From Octopus vulgaris (Eukaryota), in contig OX597825.1 in assembly GCA_951406725.2 (NCBI GenBank), positions 66,464,001-66,528,000 on the forward strand: a DNA stretch of 64,000 nt, in the 5' to 3' direction. Numbering within the stretch: position 1 is the first letter of the stretch; every line of letters starts with the position of its first letter. Under the pieces are notes generated by a model that was given only the letters and a program-made list of their open reading frames with translations, did not search any database and was not told the origin of the DNA. Below are positions 1-14,084 of this stretch, in pieces. The position numbers and the translations under genes were made by a program.

Positions 1-447
1 ATATATATATATAAACATAATTTGGGTACAGGACATCACAAACTTTATGTATAACTATATGTACATGCATATATATATGTATATGTATATATATATATGT
101 ATATATATATGCATATGTATATATGTATATATTTATGCATATATATATATATATGTGTGTGTATATATATGCATATATATATCTATATATATGTATATAC
201 ATATGTATATATATATGCCTATGTATATATATATACATAGATATACATATATATATATGTATATATATGTATATATATATGCATATATATATAGATATAT
301 ATATATGTATATATATATATGCATATATATATGTATGTATATGCATATGTATATGTATATATATATGCATATGTATATACATATATATATATATGCATAT
401 ATATATATATATATGTATGTTTGTATCTATCTATCTATCTATCTATC

Positions 448-478
<31 letters not shown>

Positions 479-579
479 GCATATATATGTGTATATATAT
501 ATATGTATATATATATATGTATATATATGCATATATATATGTATATATATGTATATGTATATGTATACATATGCATATG

Positions 580-619
<40 letters not shown>

Positions 620-693
620 CAGGTGGTGCTATTAAGTTAGACATGGCCTGGGCCAATAATGGCCGAAACCTATCAAAGTATCAAAGTATCAAA

Positions 694-778
<85 letters not shown>

Positions 779-854
779 GTGTGTTTATTGCGTATCGCTT
801 GTTTTCGTACTTTATGTTGTTACCCAGTTGCTGACATCTCGTAGCCATATATGC

Positions 855-936
<82 letters not shown>

Positions 937-962
937 TTGTCTATCTATATATTATTTATAGC

Positions 963-1009
<47 letters not shown>

Positions 1010-1020
1010 GTATACATATG
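1..1020. repeat. Compound (TA)n/(TATG)n/(CTAT)n microsatellite field
   Basis: Directly visible. Confidence 0.95.
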
Positions 1021-1049
1021 AGAAATTATGATAAACCAACGTATATGAC

Positions 1050-1277
1050 TTGTTCCTAGTACGCTTCACCATAGTGCTTGTCTGAAACTCTTCACTGGAT
1101 GTACTAAGAGCAATTGGGTGCTTAACTGGTACAGATATTCAGAAGAACACACCGTTTAGCGTTGCGTTGTATTAGTTCTCTGTAACATAATGTAGACGTT
1201 ATGCACCCAAATGCAATTGGTGCATCCTATGCAGTGTTTCAAACAAACATAGTAGCGAAACGTGCGGACGAACAAAT
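1050..1277. repeat. Old imperfect inverted repeat (MITE-like hairpin)
   Basis: 1050-1148 aligns with the reverse complement of 1174-1277 with many mismatches. Confidence 0.6.
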
Positions 1278-1471
1278 GGTTTAAACTCGTGGTTATCGTA
1301 ATTGCCCGTATAGTTCCTCTATATATCGCAACCAGTAATACGATCTACAGTACTTGCGAAACCATTGAATTGGAAGCGGACTAGTTGATGATAATAGACG
1401 CGAAGCTCTAATCCTCTAATCTCAATTGTAGGAGTTATACATCGAATTGTACACGCAGTATACACACACAT

Positions 1472-1600
1472 ACGAGGGAGTGTTGAAAAGTTCCTGGCTT
1501 TATGGTTATCGCGAAAGGTCTGACTGGAGGTCCAACCTTTCGAGTTCTTTTACAGGGATTAGAAAAACCGAAGGAATGCTGCAATAAGTGTGTGAATTCC
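1472..1600 (+). mobile_element. Partial copy of the same mariner-derived MITE
   Basis: tacgagggagtgttgaaaagttcc...ctgcaataagtgtgtgaat, similar to 45864-45990. Confidence 0.65.
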
Positions 1601-1825
1601 TTATAAATACATATAATCTCTTTTGAGTTAATTTTTTTGTTTGGGTTGTGTGTTTCGGTGGCGTGATAATCAGGTTTTTATAGAAAAGTGTTTTAGAGAA
1701 ATATTTTATTGATTATACTTGGTGTTATGTTATTGTTTAAAATTTATTCATGTACGTCTTACTTTGGTGATTCTCTTTTAGGCACAAGGTGTGTTTGTTG
1801 CTTTTGCTATTATTGATTATTTATG

Positions 1826-1875
<50 letters not shown>

Positions 1876-1898
1876 TACATACACATATATATAGAGAG

Positions 1899-2242
1899 AG
1901 AGCAATAAGAAAATGGAGGAGACCAATAGGTGGTTCATCAACTTTTAGACATTATATTATGTCAATTTATTTATTTACTAGAATGACAATTACAAGAATA
2001 TACATACATGTATAATAAATTATGCTTTACATATAAAATATAAAGATACCAGTAATTATTAAAATATATAACATACATTTAATAATTACTAGTATCTTTA
2101 TATTTTATATGTAAAGCATAATTTGTTATACATGTATGAATATTCTTGTAATTGTCATTCTAGTAAATAAATAAATTGACATAATATAATGTCTAAAAGT
2201 TGATGAACCACCTATTGATCACCTCCATTTTCTTATTGCTCT
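1899..2242. repeat. Near-perfect palindrome, ~165-bp arms with ~14-nt loop
   Basis: 1899-2063 is the reverse complement of 2078-2242 with few mismatches; flanked by microsatellites. Confidence 0.92.
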
Positions 2243-3099
2243 ATAAATCAAATGGTAAAATAACTCTTTACCCTAACCCATTTATTACACTCGGTAATGT
2301 AATTTCAAAGCAATAAAAATCACTTGTGTATTAATAATTGGGTATTCTACTTCCAGTATATTGGATAGATATTATCCCTTAGTTGGTTGGATTCACAACC
2401 TCTAAGTTTCTTGGAATATATATATATATATATTAGGTTGTCTGAGAATTCTCAATGCCACATTAACTTTAACTTCACCCCTCATTTTCTGTTTGCTCTA
2501 CCTTGTACACTATACTTAGTGTTCTCTCTCTTCCTCATTTCGCGCTCTCTCTCTCCCTCTTCATACACCACACACACACACTCATATATTGTGACATGTT
2601 GCCTGTTCAAAATCACAATAGTAATATAACTATAATGATAATTATTATTGATATTTTTTCATATTGTTATCATCATCGTCATATCTATTCATATACATAT
2701 CTTTCAGCTGACAAATTCTCGTGTATTATCTCGAACATTCATTCTCTTCTCATTCTTTTTCCTTCTGTGAATTATCGATTCTTTTTTTTTAATTTCTGCT
2801 TTTTATTTCAAAGAGCTTTAAAAAAAATAGTGATCCGAAACATCCGTATGGAGGCCAAATTTTTCTACGTTCTTGATGTTTTTCATACATATCACTGCAT
2901 AAGCGGGACAAAACGCCTCGCACTGGAAGCATATAACCTCAAACCAAGGTACTATACTCTCGATGCTCTATTACTCTTCATGTGTTAATATTAACACCTT
3001 CAGTTGTATATCATACTACTAAAGCGAAGATCTGATCCGTTTCGTCAGTAGGGGCTAGTTTCCTTCTTTCTGTCGGTAGTATAGTCAAGGGACACTTAC

Positions 3100-3159
3100 T
3101 CTCATATTTCTCCACGTCCGTTGATCAAATTTGATGTTCTTCTGTTGAATTTCATTCTC
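3100..3159 (-). CDS. SCP: SCP precursor coding exon 2 (ENEIQQKNIKFDQRTWRNMR)
   Basis: Acceptor tgtttcccccAG (AG at 3161-3160), 60 open nt, donor GTAAGT (3099-3094). Phase 0 matches exon 1, and the peptide continues the recalled O. vulgaris SCPRP sequence directly after LAKT. Confidence 0.88.
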
Positions 3160-3407
3160 CTGGGGGAAACAATTGAACCGTTTGTTATAAGACACTCGTA
3201 ACCGAACAATGCGGATCTTTTTATTTTCTACAAATAATAGACATTCTTATTTCAGAGACACACATAATATCTAAAGAAGCAAACATTGTGAGAAGCAGCC
3301 ACAAAACGATAGAACGATTCTCCCTATCACCCACATAGCTACAAACTTATATTCATTTAGGATATATATGTATATGTCATATATATATATGTATATATAT
3401 ATATGTC

Positions 3408-3467
<60 letters not shown>

Positions 3468-3561
3468 ATATATGTCATATATATATATTTATATATATAT
3501 ATGTATATATATATGTCATATATATATATAAATATGTCACACACATATATATATAAATATG

Positions 3562-3606
<45 letters not shown>

Positions 3607-3645
3607 TGTCACAATTCTCTATATATATATGTATACATTACCTCT

Positions 3646-3745
<100 letters not shown>

Positions 3746-3751
3746 ATGATA

Positions 3752-4624
3752 TATAGGGTGCAATGTGTATTTTATCAGCATTTTATATTTTTCACACATG
3801 CGCATTGTTTGATTTTGATTTTGTCGACTACATAGAATAGTAGGGTCAATTGGGTACCGTCTGTGAGAAAAAGAGCACCATGACCTAATTCACGCTGCTA
3901 GAAATCTGGAAACGACATGCTATACTGCTTGGCATTCGCTCCGGAAGTTCGAATACGAACTTGGGTGTCAATCTCAGGACAGTGCAATCTGAAGACATAT
4001 ACCGAAAGTGATAAAAATCAAACATCCAGTTAACATCATGGCCTTTGGAGTTATCACTAGTGAAGGAGACGTTGTGCATCCATTTATCTTCCCACACGAC
4101 CTCACACTCAATACGGAGGCCTACATCAAGCCTGTCGGGAGTAGTGCTGCTCTGGATGAAGAAAATGGCTGCTGGAAGACCTTATATTTAGCAACAGGAC
4201 TCTGCACCAATGCCACACAAGCAGCAGAACCCAGTAATGGCTGTCAGACGATTTCTGCGACCATATCACCCATAACATCTGGCCGCCTAATTCCCCAGGC
4301 TGCAATCCCTTTGATTAATATATGTGGGGCGCAGTTGAGCAAGTGACCAACAAAACTCCTTGTAACACCAAAGATGAACTGAAGGCAAGGATTAAGGCAT
4401 CATTCACCAACTTAAACAAGGAGATAGTCCAGAAAATTTTCAGAAGATTCCGAAGTCGTCTGAAGGTCGTGGTTGAAGCCAATGGCGATTTTATTGAATG
4501 AATTTACTCTTTAGTATTTCAAGATATTTTTATGTAATTTTGGTAACTCTACCTGTTAAAATGAGATGTCAGTGTTATTTTCCTAATTGTGTGATTTATA
4601 CGACAGTTTATTCACCCATCTGTA
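3752..4624 (+). mobile_element. Internally deleted Tc1/mariner-superfamily transposon, maT (DD37D)-like transposase remnant
   Basis: KHPVNIMAFGVITSEGD...QQDSAP...WPPNSPGCNPFD...RFRSRLKVVVEANGDFIE across stops and frameshifts (4008-4498). Spacing between the last two Asp is about 37 when reconstructed. Degenerate TIRs in TA context. Confidence 0.85.
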
Positions 4625-5961
4625 TATATATATATATATATGTTGAACGATATAATGAATAAACGTTCCAATCGGTCAAAGCAACTTTATATCATTCCTA
4701 AATTATCAAAAGTCGAATATAAATATTTATTAAAACAATATGTGAACAGTGTCATGACCAGAAATGGAAAGCCTTTGTAAGTTTTCTCCTGATGGAAAAG
4801 TGTAGCCTTTGGATTTCCTTAATGGATTGTACATTAACTATGTGAAGCATCTCCTTTGAAACGATAGTAGACATGGACTTTAATGGACTGTGTTCTGGTA
4901 CCTGGCACTTTATTTTTTACATTTTGTATTTTTATATTACTTTAGCTCCATTGCTTTAAATTTTTAGTCACCTTTATCATGCATTAATTTATTCCATATA
5001 TTTTTCTTCATTCGTCTTCACTCGTATTAACCTTTTACATTGAGTCAAAACTTCTTGAAACTTCAGCTGAACTCTTTGGTGAGAAAATTCACAAAACTTA
5101 CTTTCAATTTTACCGCTTATTTCGTTACACACCTGGTAGTCTGCCTGGTCGATACATATTTACATGGGTGCTAATACCATTTATGGCTACACAGTTAAGT
5201 TCTTAGAATCGGGCCTGGTTCTAAACTGGGGATCTGAACGAGATGGTTCGAAATTCAGCAGAAGACTCGTTTCAATATAATAAATACGCTAATGATCAAA
5301 TTAAAAATTACTTCGTATAGGAAGTTTAAAAGTTAAATTTAAACATTGGGAAAGAAATTTATTGCTTACCTCATTTAAAAAATCATATTTGCATAAATAA
5401 AATTTATAATACGTTATAAACACGATCTTGAATTAGTCTAGATTTACTTTCTAAAGTTTGAAATTTATTTTATATTCAAAATTTCGTGGCGTATATAAAT
5501 ACCCTTTGTGGTGCATTAGTGCATCGTGCCACACCGTTTTAAAACTACAGTTGTAAACAAACAACAGGAGTTTCCAAGTAATCATACTGCCAGTTTGATC
5601 CAGTAAAGAAATATCCTTTACCAAAACTCTTCAATTGTCTTACCAGTCAATAGATTACCCCTATGTGGCTGGTCGACTTGCTAGATAAAGTAGCCAAAGT
5701 CCATTCAAACTAGAGCTTACAAGATACAATTTGATCAACAGTCTTGATGAAATTTCTGAAGATACAGGATGGTCATGACTGAAATACTTTGATCTTATCT
5801 CTACTCGGTCATGGTTGACCTGTGACTACATAACAACAACAACAACAACAACAAAAACAACCGCTGATAAAAAAACATTGTCTTACATCTCGATATAATA
5901 TGTTTTACGACCTTATTCAAAAGCAAGAAATACTTCTTTTTATCTATTATCACTGAGCCTT

Positions 5962-6361
5962 ATACTCTTTTACTTATTTCAGTCATGTGACTGTGGTCAT
6001 GCTGGAGCACCGCCTTTAGTCGAGCAAATAGCCCCCAGGACTTATTCTATAAGGCTAGTACTTATTCTATCGGTCTCTTTTTGCCGAACCGCTAAATTAC
6101 GGGGACGTAAACACACCAGCATCGGTTGTCAAGCGATGTTGGGGGAGGCGGGGATAAACACAGACACACAAACATATACACACATTCATATATATACGAC
6201 GGGCTTCTTTCAGTTTCTGTCAACCAAATCCACTCACAAGGCTTTGGTCGGTCCGAGGCTATATTAGAAGACACTTGCCCAAGGTGCCACGCAGTGGGAC
6301 TGAACCGGGAACCATGTGGTTCGTAAACGAGTTACTTACCACATAGCCACTCCTACGCCTA
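5962..6361 (-). mobile_element. SINE family B (tRNA head + CORE-like domain + internal microsatellite)
   Basis: A box TGGCTATGTGG, B box GGTTCAGTCC, MIR-core-like GGCACCTTGGGCAAGTGTCTT, tail (AGTAAAAG)n. Confidence 0.85.
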
Positions 6362-7631
6362 CTTTTGTATATTTTTTTTCAACAGCCTAATCTAGGACTA
6401 ACCAAAAAATCAACTTTGTGTCTTAAGTACGTTGGTATTTATTTAGCTGTCTAAATCCGGATCGAATAGAACTATGATTAAAAATATTCCATCTACGATA
6501 ATTCTGACATTCTAAAGACGTGGTGCTTACTGTAGGTGCAGTATGGTCAAATAGTTAAAAAGAAGTCCGCTTCGCAATCATAAGGTCTTGATTTCGATTC
6601 CGCTGCTTGGCACCTTGGGTGAATGATATAAATGTTGTTTATAAATGGTAGACGGAGGCTGTTTAGGAGTCTGTCAGCTGGATTGTACCCGTAATTTACG
6701 GTACAGCCTAGTCACTTTATCGCTCTGATTTTGCCAGAAGGTTACAATTAGAATACACATGTCTTCGAAATACTCAGCCATTTAAAAGTAATTAAATGAG
6801 CTTGGTAGCTTACTTGATCGAACAACTGAACACTCATTATCGGAAATTTTGACCGAGATCCCGGACAAAACACAATATCTCTGATAGATTGTGTCTCCTG
6901 CATTGATGTCAATCAGAAGACAATTTGACGAGAATTAGGCTGCTATTTCTAGCTGACCGAACGAGTACGTAGAGGATTCCCCGTTGGTTTGTGCTTCACA
7001 CGAAAGTTATAATATCCATTTCTCAAAAAAAAAAAAATATATTTAAAAAATCCAAAAAACTCCAAAGTTCTTTCCGAGCCATATGCAAATAAGGCCACTT
7101 TCTAGGATTGTGCAGCATGTATTTCCTTCCACCCCATCGTCTGGACGGGATGTCTGCCCCTCGCAAGATTACTTATTTTTGCCAGCTAAGTGGTCTGGAG
7201 TAGAATAAAATGAAGTGTTTTGCTCAAGCATCCAATGCATCGCCCGGCCCAAGAATCGAAACGACAATCTTACGATCATGAGTGTAATACCCAAAACATT
7301 AAGGCATGTGACTCTACTCACTGATGTGTTATTGTGATGCTAATAAACGGTTTCTTCTATAGGAACGATAATCCCTCAGCATAAAACAAAGGAATGACGA
7401 GGGAAATGAGAATATGATGGATTTATGGAGACAATTATAAGTCGAACGATGGCATCGTTAAATCTTACATAATTTCTGACCTCTTGCAATCTCTCTCCCC
7501 ACTTCGTGTGTGTGTGCCTCGTTGTGTCGCGTACACTACTACATTGACTACGTCGATCTTTATGTGAATATGTACATAAACACACATAAACATGACATGT
7601 GCGTGTATATATATATATATATATATATATA

Positions 7632-7734
7632 AAGGGAAAGTTTACGAAAATAAACAAAAGACGAAGACAGGTGGTGTACAAAACACACAGATGTATTAGT
7701 ATAACGCTCAGGAATAGAAAAATGCTTTTACGTT

Positions 7735-7735
<1 letters not shown>
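7632..7735 (-). mobile_element. Same PLE-type terminal fragment as 43305-43503, embedded in (TA)n
   Basis: Reverse-complement similarity to 43395-43503. Confidence 0.65.
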
Positions 7736-7813
<78 letters not shown>

Positions 7814-7983
7814 TCATATTGATTAAAAAAAATAAGAAAATATGTTTTCGAGAAAAATCCAGTCGGCGGGTGTTGGGTTTCGCTTCTCATTTATTCATTT
7901 AATTTCATTTTAATTCATTAATGTGTTCGTCCAGCCCGCAGCTACTCTGTATACTGCCTTTATGGCAAATAAAATGAAACAAA

Positions 7984-8118
7984 GTAGCTTGCTTACCAAG
8001 AAAATGGCTCCAGGTTCTGTCCCTCTGCGTGGCACTTTGGGCTAGTGAGTTCTACTGTAGCCTCGGGCCAGCCAAAGCCTTGTGAGTGGATTTGGTAGAC
8101 GGAAACTGAAAGCCAGTC

Positions 8119-8173
<55 letters not shown>

Positions 8174-8174
8174 C

Positions 8175-8249
<75 letters not shown>

Positions 8250-8510
8250 GTTCTTGAGCAAAGCACTTTATTTCACGTTGCTCCAGTTCACTCAGCTGTA
8301 GAAATGAGTTGCGACGTCACTGGTGCCAAGCTGTGTCGACCTTTGTCTTTCCCTTGGATAACACTGGTAGCGCGGAGAGGGGAGGCTGGTATGCATGGGC
8401 GACTGCTGGTCTTCCATAAACAACCTTGCCCGGACTTGTATCTAGGAGGGTAACTTTCTAGGTGCAATCCCATGGTCATTCATGACCGAAGGGGGTCTTT
8501 ACCCTTTACC

Positions 8511-8568
<58 letters not shown>

Positions 8569-9025
8569 GTGTATGTGTTTATACGTTTGTGTGTCTGTGT
8601 TTGCCCCCCCCCCCCAACATGGCTTGATAACCGATACTGGTGTGTTAACGTCCCCGTAACTTAGCGGTTCGGCAAAAGAAAACGATAGAATAAGTACTAG
8701 ACTGACAAAGAATAAGTCCTGGTATCGATTTGCTCAACTAAAAGCAGTACTCTAGCATGGCTGCAGTCAAATGACAAACAAGTAAAAGAATATGTTTATG
8801 TGTGTGTGTCTGTGTTTGTCCCCTCACCATCGTTGATCAACCGATGTTGGTGTGTTTATATCCCATCCCCGTAACTTAGCAGTTCGGCAAAATGCTACCG
8901 ATGGAATAAATACTAGGCTTACAAAGAATAAGTACCGGGGTCGATTTCTTCGACTAAAATACTTTGAGGCGGTGCTCCAGCATGGCCGCAGTCAAGTGAG
9001 TGAAACGTGCAAAAGAATAAAAGAA
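7984..9025 (+). mobile_element. Family B SINE with a family D fragment (8244-8500) in its microsatellite and a duplicated 3' half
   Basis: Head 7984-8120; tails 8585-8790 and 8800-9025. Confidence 0.8.
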
Positions 9026-9100
9026 TTCATATAAACAAACACGCAGTCCACACGTGTATGTTAGCATGTATGCCCCACACATACACACTCGCGCGCACTG

Positions 9101-9133
<33 letters not shown>

Positions 9134-9505
9134 AACAGTCATACACACATTCACATGACTACACGCACGCGTACAAACGCATATATCTGAGGGTTAACTA
9201 GGTATGTTCTGAGCAGTATGAATAGAAAAAAGGTGATAGGATTAATATTCATATGCTACAACTAAGAGTCCATGAATTTATGTATCAGCAATTCAAATGG
9301 GACGCTTAGTGTATTATATAAACATTAATCTTATCCTGTTTTGCCTTTTGTTGCAATCATTCTGCTACTGTCAGTACATGTGGGTATGACGTGTGAGTGT
9401 GTGTGTATGGATGCGGTATACATGTCTTTACTCATATCTCCAATTACATATCCCCTACTCTCTCTCTTTATATATATACACATACATATACATATATATA
9501 TATAC

Positions 9506-9538
<33 letters not shown>

Positions 9539-9811
9539 CATATGTATATATATACATATATATATACATATATATATATATACATATGCATATATATACA
9601 TATATATACATATATATATACATATGCATATATATACATATATATGTTTCATATATATATATACATATATACATATATATATATGTGTCATATATACATA
9701 TATATATATATATTTATTTATTGTGCGAGTGTGTGCGTATACATACACCTACGCACCTATATGTCATTCCGTTTTAAACTATATATGTATATGTGTGTGT
9801 ACATATATATA

Positions 9812-9843
<32 letters not shown>

Positions 9844-10246
9844 CATCTTTCTATCTATGCATGTATGTATGTATGTATGTATGTATACTTTTACAATTAT
9901 TTTTGAAAATAAAAATTATGTGTAATAACTTTCAATTGACATCCCTCAGCATCCACCATATCTCAAGTTCCATTACCATTGAAATTAACACGCATAAAAA
10001 TTAATAATGTTATTTATATGAAATATACTTCCCTTAATACAATCTTACTTTTTGTTAACGCTCGTAAATCTCTTAAAGCAAATAAGTATCAACGATGAAA
10101 ACTATGATTACATAGGAAAAAAAAAACTGTAGAAAGTAGTTTCGAAGTAAATGTGGGGTATTTTCTACAAATCAGAAATGATTGTCGTGTCTTGTATATA
10201 TATATAGCGGCGTATGTACACTTTGTTCTCTTATATATATATATAC

Positions 10247-10720
<474 letters not shown>

Positions 10721-10813
10721 ACAAATGTGTAGGTGGCATACGAGTGGGTATATATTTATAAAAAAAGAAGTTTGAAAACACTACTGTATAGGATAAATTT
10801 TAATTTTTTGAGA

Positions 10814-10860
10814 GATTTTACATGTTTCGGTTCTTCTTGAAAAAACGAACCTTATCAAAA
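10814..10860 (-). ncRNA. Degenerate hammerhead motif
   Basis: ttt-TTGATAA-ggttc..gaacc-GAAAC-at-GTA-aaatc. Confidence 0.45.
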
Positions 10861-11065
10861 ATTTATATATTTTTAAAAGGTATGTGTAATAAAAAAGTTC
10901 ATAATTGCTTCTTATTAATCTCAACAGAGTCCACGTGGTGGTGTTTTGTGTGGGTGAGCATAATGGTTGTCTTGTGCGTTGGCTAGAATCGTTGGCTGTA
11001 ATAGTGAAAGTGACCGTTGGCCGTAATAGGAGTAGTAGCAGAGGCCGTTGGTCGTAGTAGTAAAA

Positions 11066-11132
<67 letters not shown>

Positions 11133-12654
11133 ATTTTTTTCATTAATACATAGATTATTAGGATTGTTAGGTTACAAATAGTTAACAAAAATATCTTCAT
11201 TGTTAAAATTGAATGACTTAAGATGTATTTTTTGATTTGTTTTATATATTCATTATCAGAACCGTAACGGCGGCGAGCTGCTAGAATCGTTAGCGAGTTA
11301 GATAAAATGTATTTCGATTCTTCTCGTGTCGGGTTCAAATTCCCTCAGAAGTCGATTTTGCTATTCATCCCTTCTGGGTCGATAACATAAGTGCGAATCG
11401 AACATAAACGTCGATATAATCGACTTACTCCCTTACTTAAAATTGAAGGCCTTGTGCTAGCATTTGAAACCATTATGAAAGAGGTCAGCTGAAAAAAAAA
11501 AAGAAACCCGCCGGATAAAATGCTTAGTAGTATTTCTTCCGGTTTTTTTGAATTCCGATTTCAAATACTGCCGAAGTCGACTTTAGCTTTCATCTTTTCG
11601 GGGTCGATAAAATAATTAGGAGTCGAACGCTGGGGTCAATGAAATCGAGTTACCTCTACCCTAAAATGAATTGCATTAAAATTAGCCCATCAGAATCTTA
11701 TAATGTCTTTGGGGACATAAATCTGTATCGTATCCCAGGATCTAACCATGAAAATGATTCGTAACCTACATAGGAATGAATGAACGTCACCATCCTTATG
11801 ACTGAGGGCCGGGTCACATACATTATCGTCAGTGTGTCTCCATAGTTTCTATGGATTGAAAATGTCGATGGGTCCCGAGTTTTCTACCGACATGATTTAA
11901 TGTCGGCTTTGGCTCACTCTACCGTCTCCTCTTTGAAGGTACTACCTGACAATGAGAAATTTCTTGGAGCAATTCTTCGGCAACTGGCGAGCTCGAACTG
12001 ACCTCGTACATATGCACAGAGTATTTCCCCCTCCCAGAGACATACTTTGACAAAAATGAAGGAACGTCGCATTTCCAGAGGCTTTACAACACACCAGATA
12101 CTAACTCGGTATTTCTAAATCCCTACGTTTTTACTACAATGCTGTTGACTCTGCGTGGAGTCAACCCATCCTTTTGATAGAAAGGCCTGGAGAAAAAATC
12201 GACTTTTAGACATGGTAATCACACCCCAAGACATGCGTTATCTCAACAGGACTTATTTGAAGCTACACTGCAAAACTAAGATACAAGTAAATCGTAAAAC
12301 TTTTAGTTGTAAAGTTAAATCTTGTCTAAAGATTCGACAAGTTGCAGGCATTTTTGAAATGGCAGTAAATTGATAAAAAAATAAATAAAATAATGTTATC
12401 ACAGCTAAGTTAATCTTTTCTTGAAACTAATACTGGAATATGCTTGTTGCAACATCAAGAAAAAATAAGAACTTCGTCTCTTGGGCATGAGACACAAGTC
12501 TATGTAAAAGAAACCACGTAAATTCTTTCGTAACTATTGACATAATATCGATTAAACGAGGTAATGTAAAACGACCTAAGGTGCACAGAGACGAACGGAA
12601 TATATGTATATCGTTCGATAACGTAGTAATGCAATATTATATATATTCTGTAAA

Positions 12655-12862
12655 TAATAATTATAAACTTTAAGCTTATATGCATTCATCGCGTAGTGGC
12701 TAAAGAATATACTCTAATATTGGAGCATATAAGCCCTCGACACAAAAAGTGGGTATTATGGATATTAGTACCTACTTTTTCCGTCGAGGGCTTATATGCC
12801 CAACATTAGACTATTTTTTTAGCCAATACACGGTGAACTCTTATAAGCTTAAAGCTTATTAT
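12655..12862. repeat. Imperfect inverted repeat, ~95-bp arms
   Basis: ...gcatataagccctcgacacaaaaagt / actttttccgtcgagggcttatatgc... Confidence 0.7.
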
Positions 12863-13084
12863 TATTATTATTATTATTATTATTTAGAGAATTTCACTCT
12901 TCATAGTTTCTTCATATAACGCAGAATATGTATGCATGCGCACTCATATTGTCTTATGTATACCGTATATGGTCATGAATTAGTAATACCTTCATACACT
13001 GGAGATGTTTTCTAACCGGGGTTTAAAAACACGCCTAGCATTTCCAAGCAATCGTTGGGTTCTGAGCACGTGGCCTATACAAGA

Positions 13085-13521
13085 GCCCACTCCCAGTTGT
13101 AACTGTCGAGACCTCGGAGCTTGCCCAATTGACCTGGCATGTATGGTAAACTCCGCCGTATATTGGTAGAAGTAACAGCAACGCTCCATGATAACGTAAC
13201 CGAAAAGATTTACATCGGGTTGTACGAAGGTCATTTCAAAAGGCGCTATGCTAACCACTTATCTTCTTTCTGGCGTATGGGCAAAAGTAAAGCTACTATG
13301 TTGGCCAGCCACGTATGGGACTCGAAGACCAACTCCTCGTCACATGCAGTCAAGTGGAAAAATCCTTGCTATATGTTAATGGATCTAAATAATGTAAGTA
13401 ATGCGTTGCTAAAAGCTCACATAATTTTTTTAGATCTAGAAATTCCACCGCGCTGCTCAATTTCAGCTCAGAAATTTTCTGCAAATGCAAATATAGGTGC
13501 AAATTTCTTTTGGCGAATTGG
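13085..13521 (+). pseudogene. GIY-YIG endonuclease remnant (Penelope-like element C-terminus, frameshifted)
   Basis: CNCRDLGACP...AVY...KIYIGLYEGHFKRRYANHLSSF...TMLASHVWD...KCKYRCKFLL across frameshifts; Cys-rich linker plus YIG and R-Y-x-N-H motifs. Confidence 0.85.
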
Positions 13522-13770
13522 AAACACCACTCTCTCCGGACTGAGTATCTGTATCGCAGACTTTAGACCCCTTCTGTTGATTCTACAGCAATTAGCTTTA
13601 TGGCCTCACGATCAAAGGGAACATTCTAATTCTATTTCTTCCAATTTTCATTTCTTTTCCCGTTTCTTTCACTCTTCAATATTTAGCATCCACCTTCCTC
13701 CCGTTTTTTTTCCTGTGATTTCTCTTGTTCTATTGTCCTAATTTTCAACTTGTATAGGCCATGTGCTCCA

Positions 13771-13845
13771 AGCCAGATGATTGCTTGGAGACACTAAACA
13801 CTAGGTGTTATAAAACATCTCCAAAGTATGAAACAATTAGTAGCT
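13771..13845 (+). ncRNA. Type I hammerhead ribozyme-like motif in PLE pseudo-LTR (core mutated)
   Basis: agc-CAGATGA-ttgcttggaga...tctccaaagtat-GAAAC-aatta-GTA-gct. Confidence 0.65.
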
Positions 13846-14053
13846 CTTGACCATGTACTATGTATATTAAACAATATTTACCACTCACTGGATGGAGTAC
13901 TGTTTTTGTTGATTCTACTTTAACGGAAAAGTAAACTATATATATAGTTAGAGGTAGATAAATACATTACACATACATACATTTTCTTTATATATAGACA
14001 CACACACATACACATTATTAAATGAGTCTATATATACACATATACATATATAT

Positions 14054-14084
<31 letters not shown>

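Larger units (their letters stand above)
12965..13940 (+). mobile_element. 5'-truncated Penelope-like retroelement with inverted pseudo-LTR
   Basis: 12970-13083 is an inverted copy of 13749-13855. Between them lies a GIY-YIG endonuclease remnant, and the 3' repeat carries a hammerhead fold. This is the classic PLE architecture. Confidence 0.85.

Noticed and set aside
47-1031. Long YIYI/IYLS/MYVC ORFs here and throughout the window
   Set aside because: Translations of stop-free microsatellites, open in multiple frames and on both strands.
1-3093. Search for SCP exon 3 (GYLALPRQGR)
   Set aside because: No matching codons found; the exon is presumably left of the window.
11950-12373. Possible CR1/L2 LINE C-terminal remnant
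   Set aside because: Only vague resemblance; no diagnostic motif recoverable by eye.
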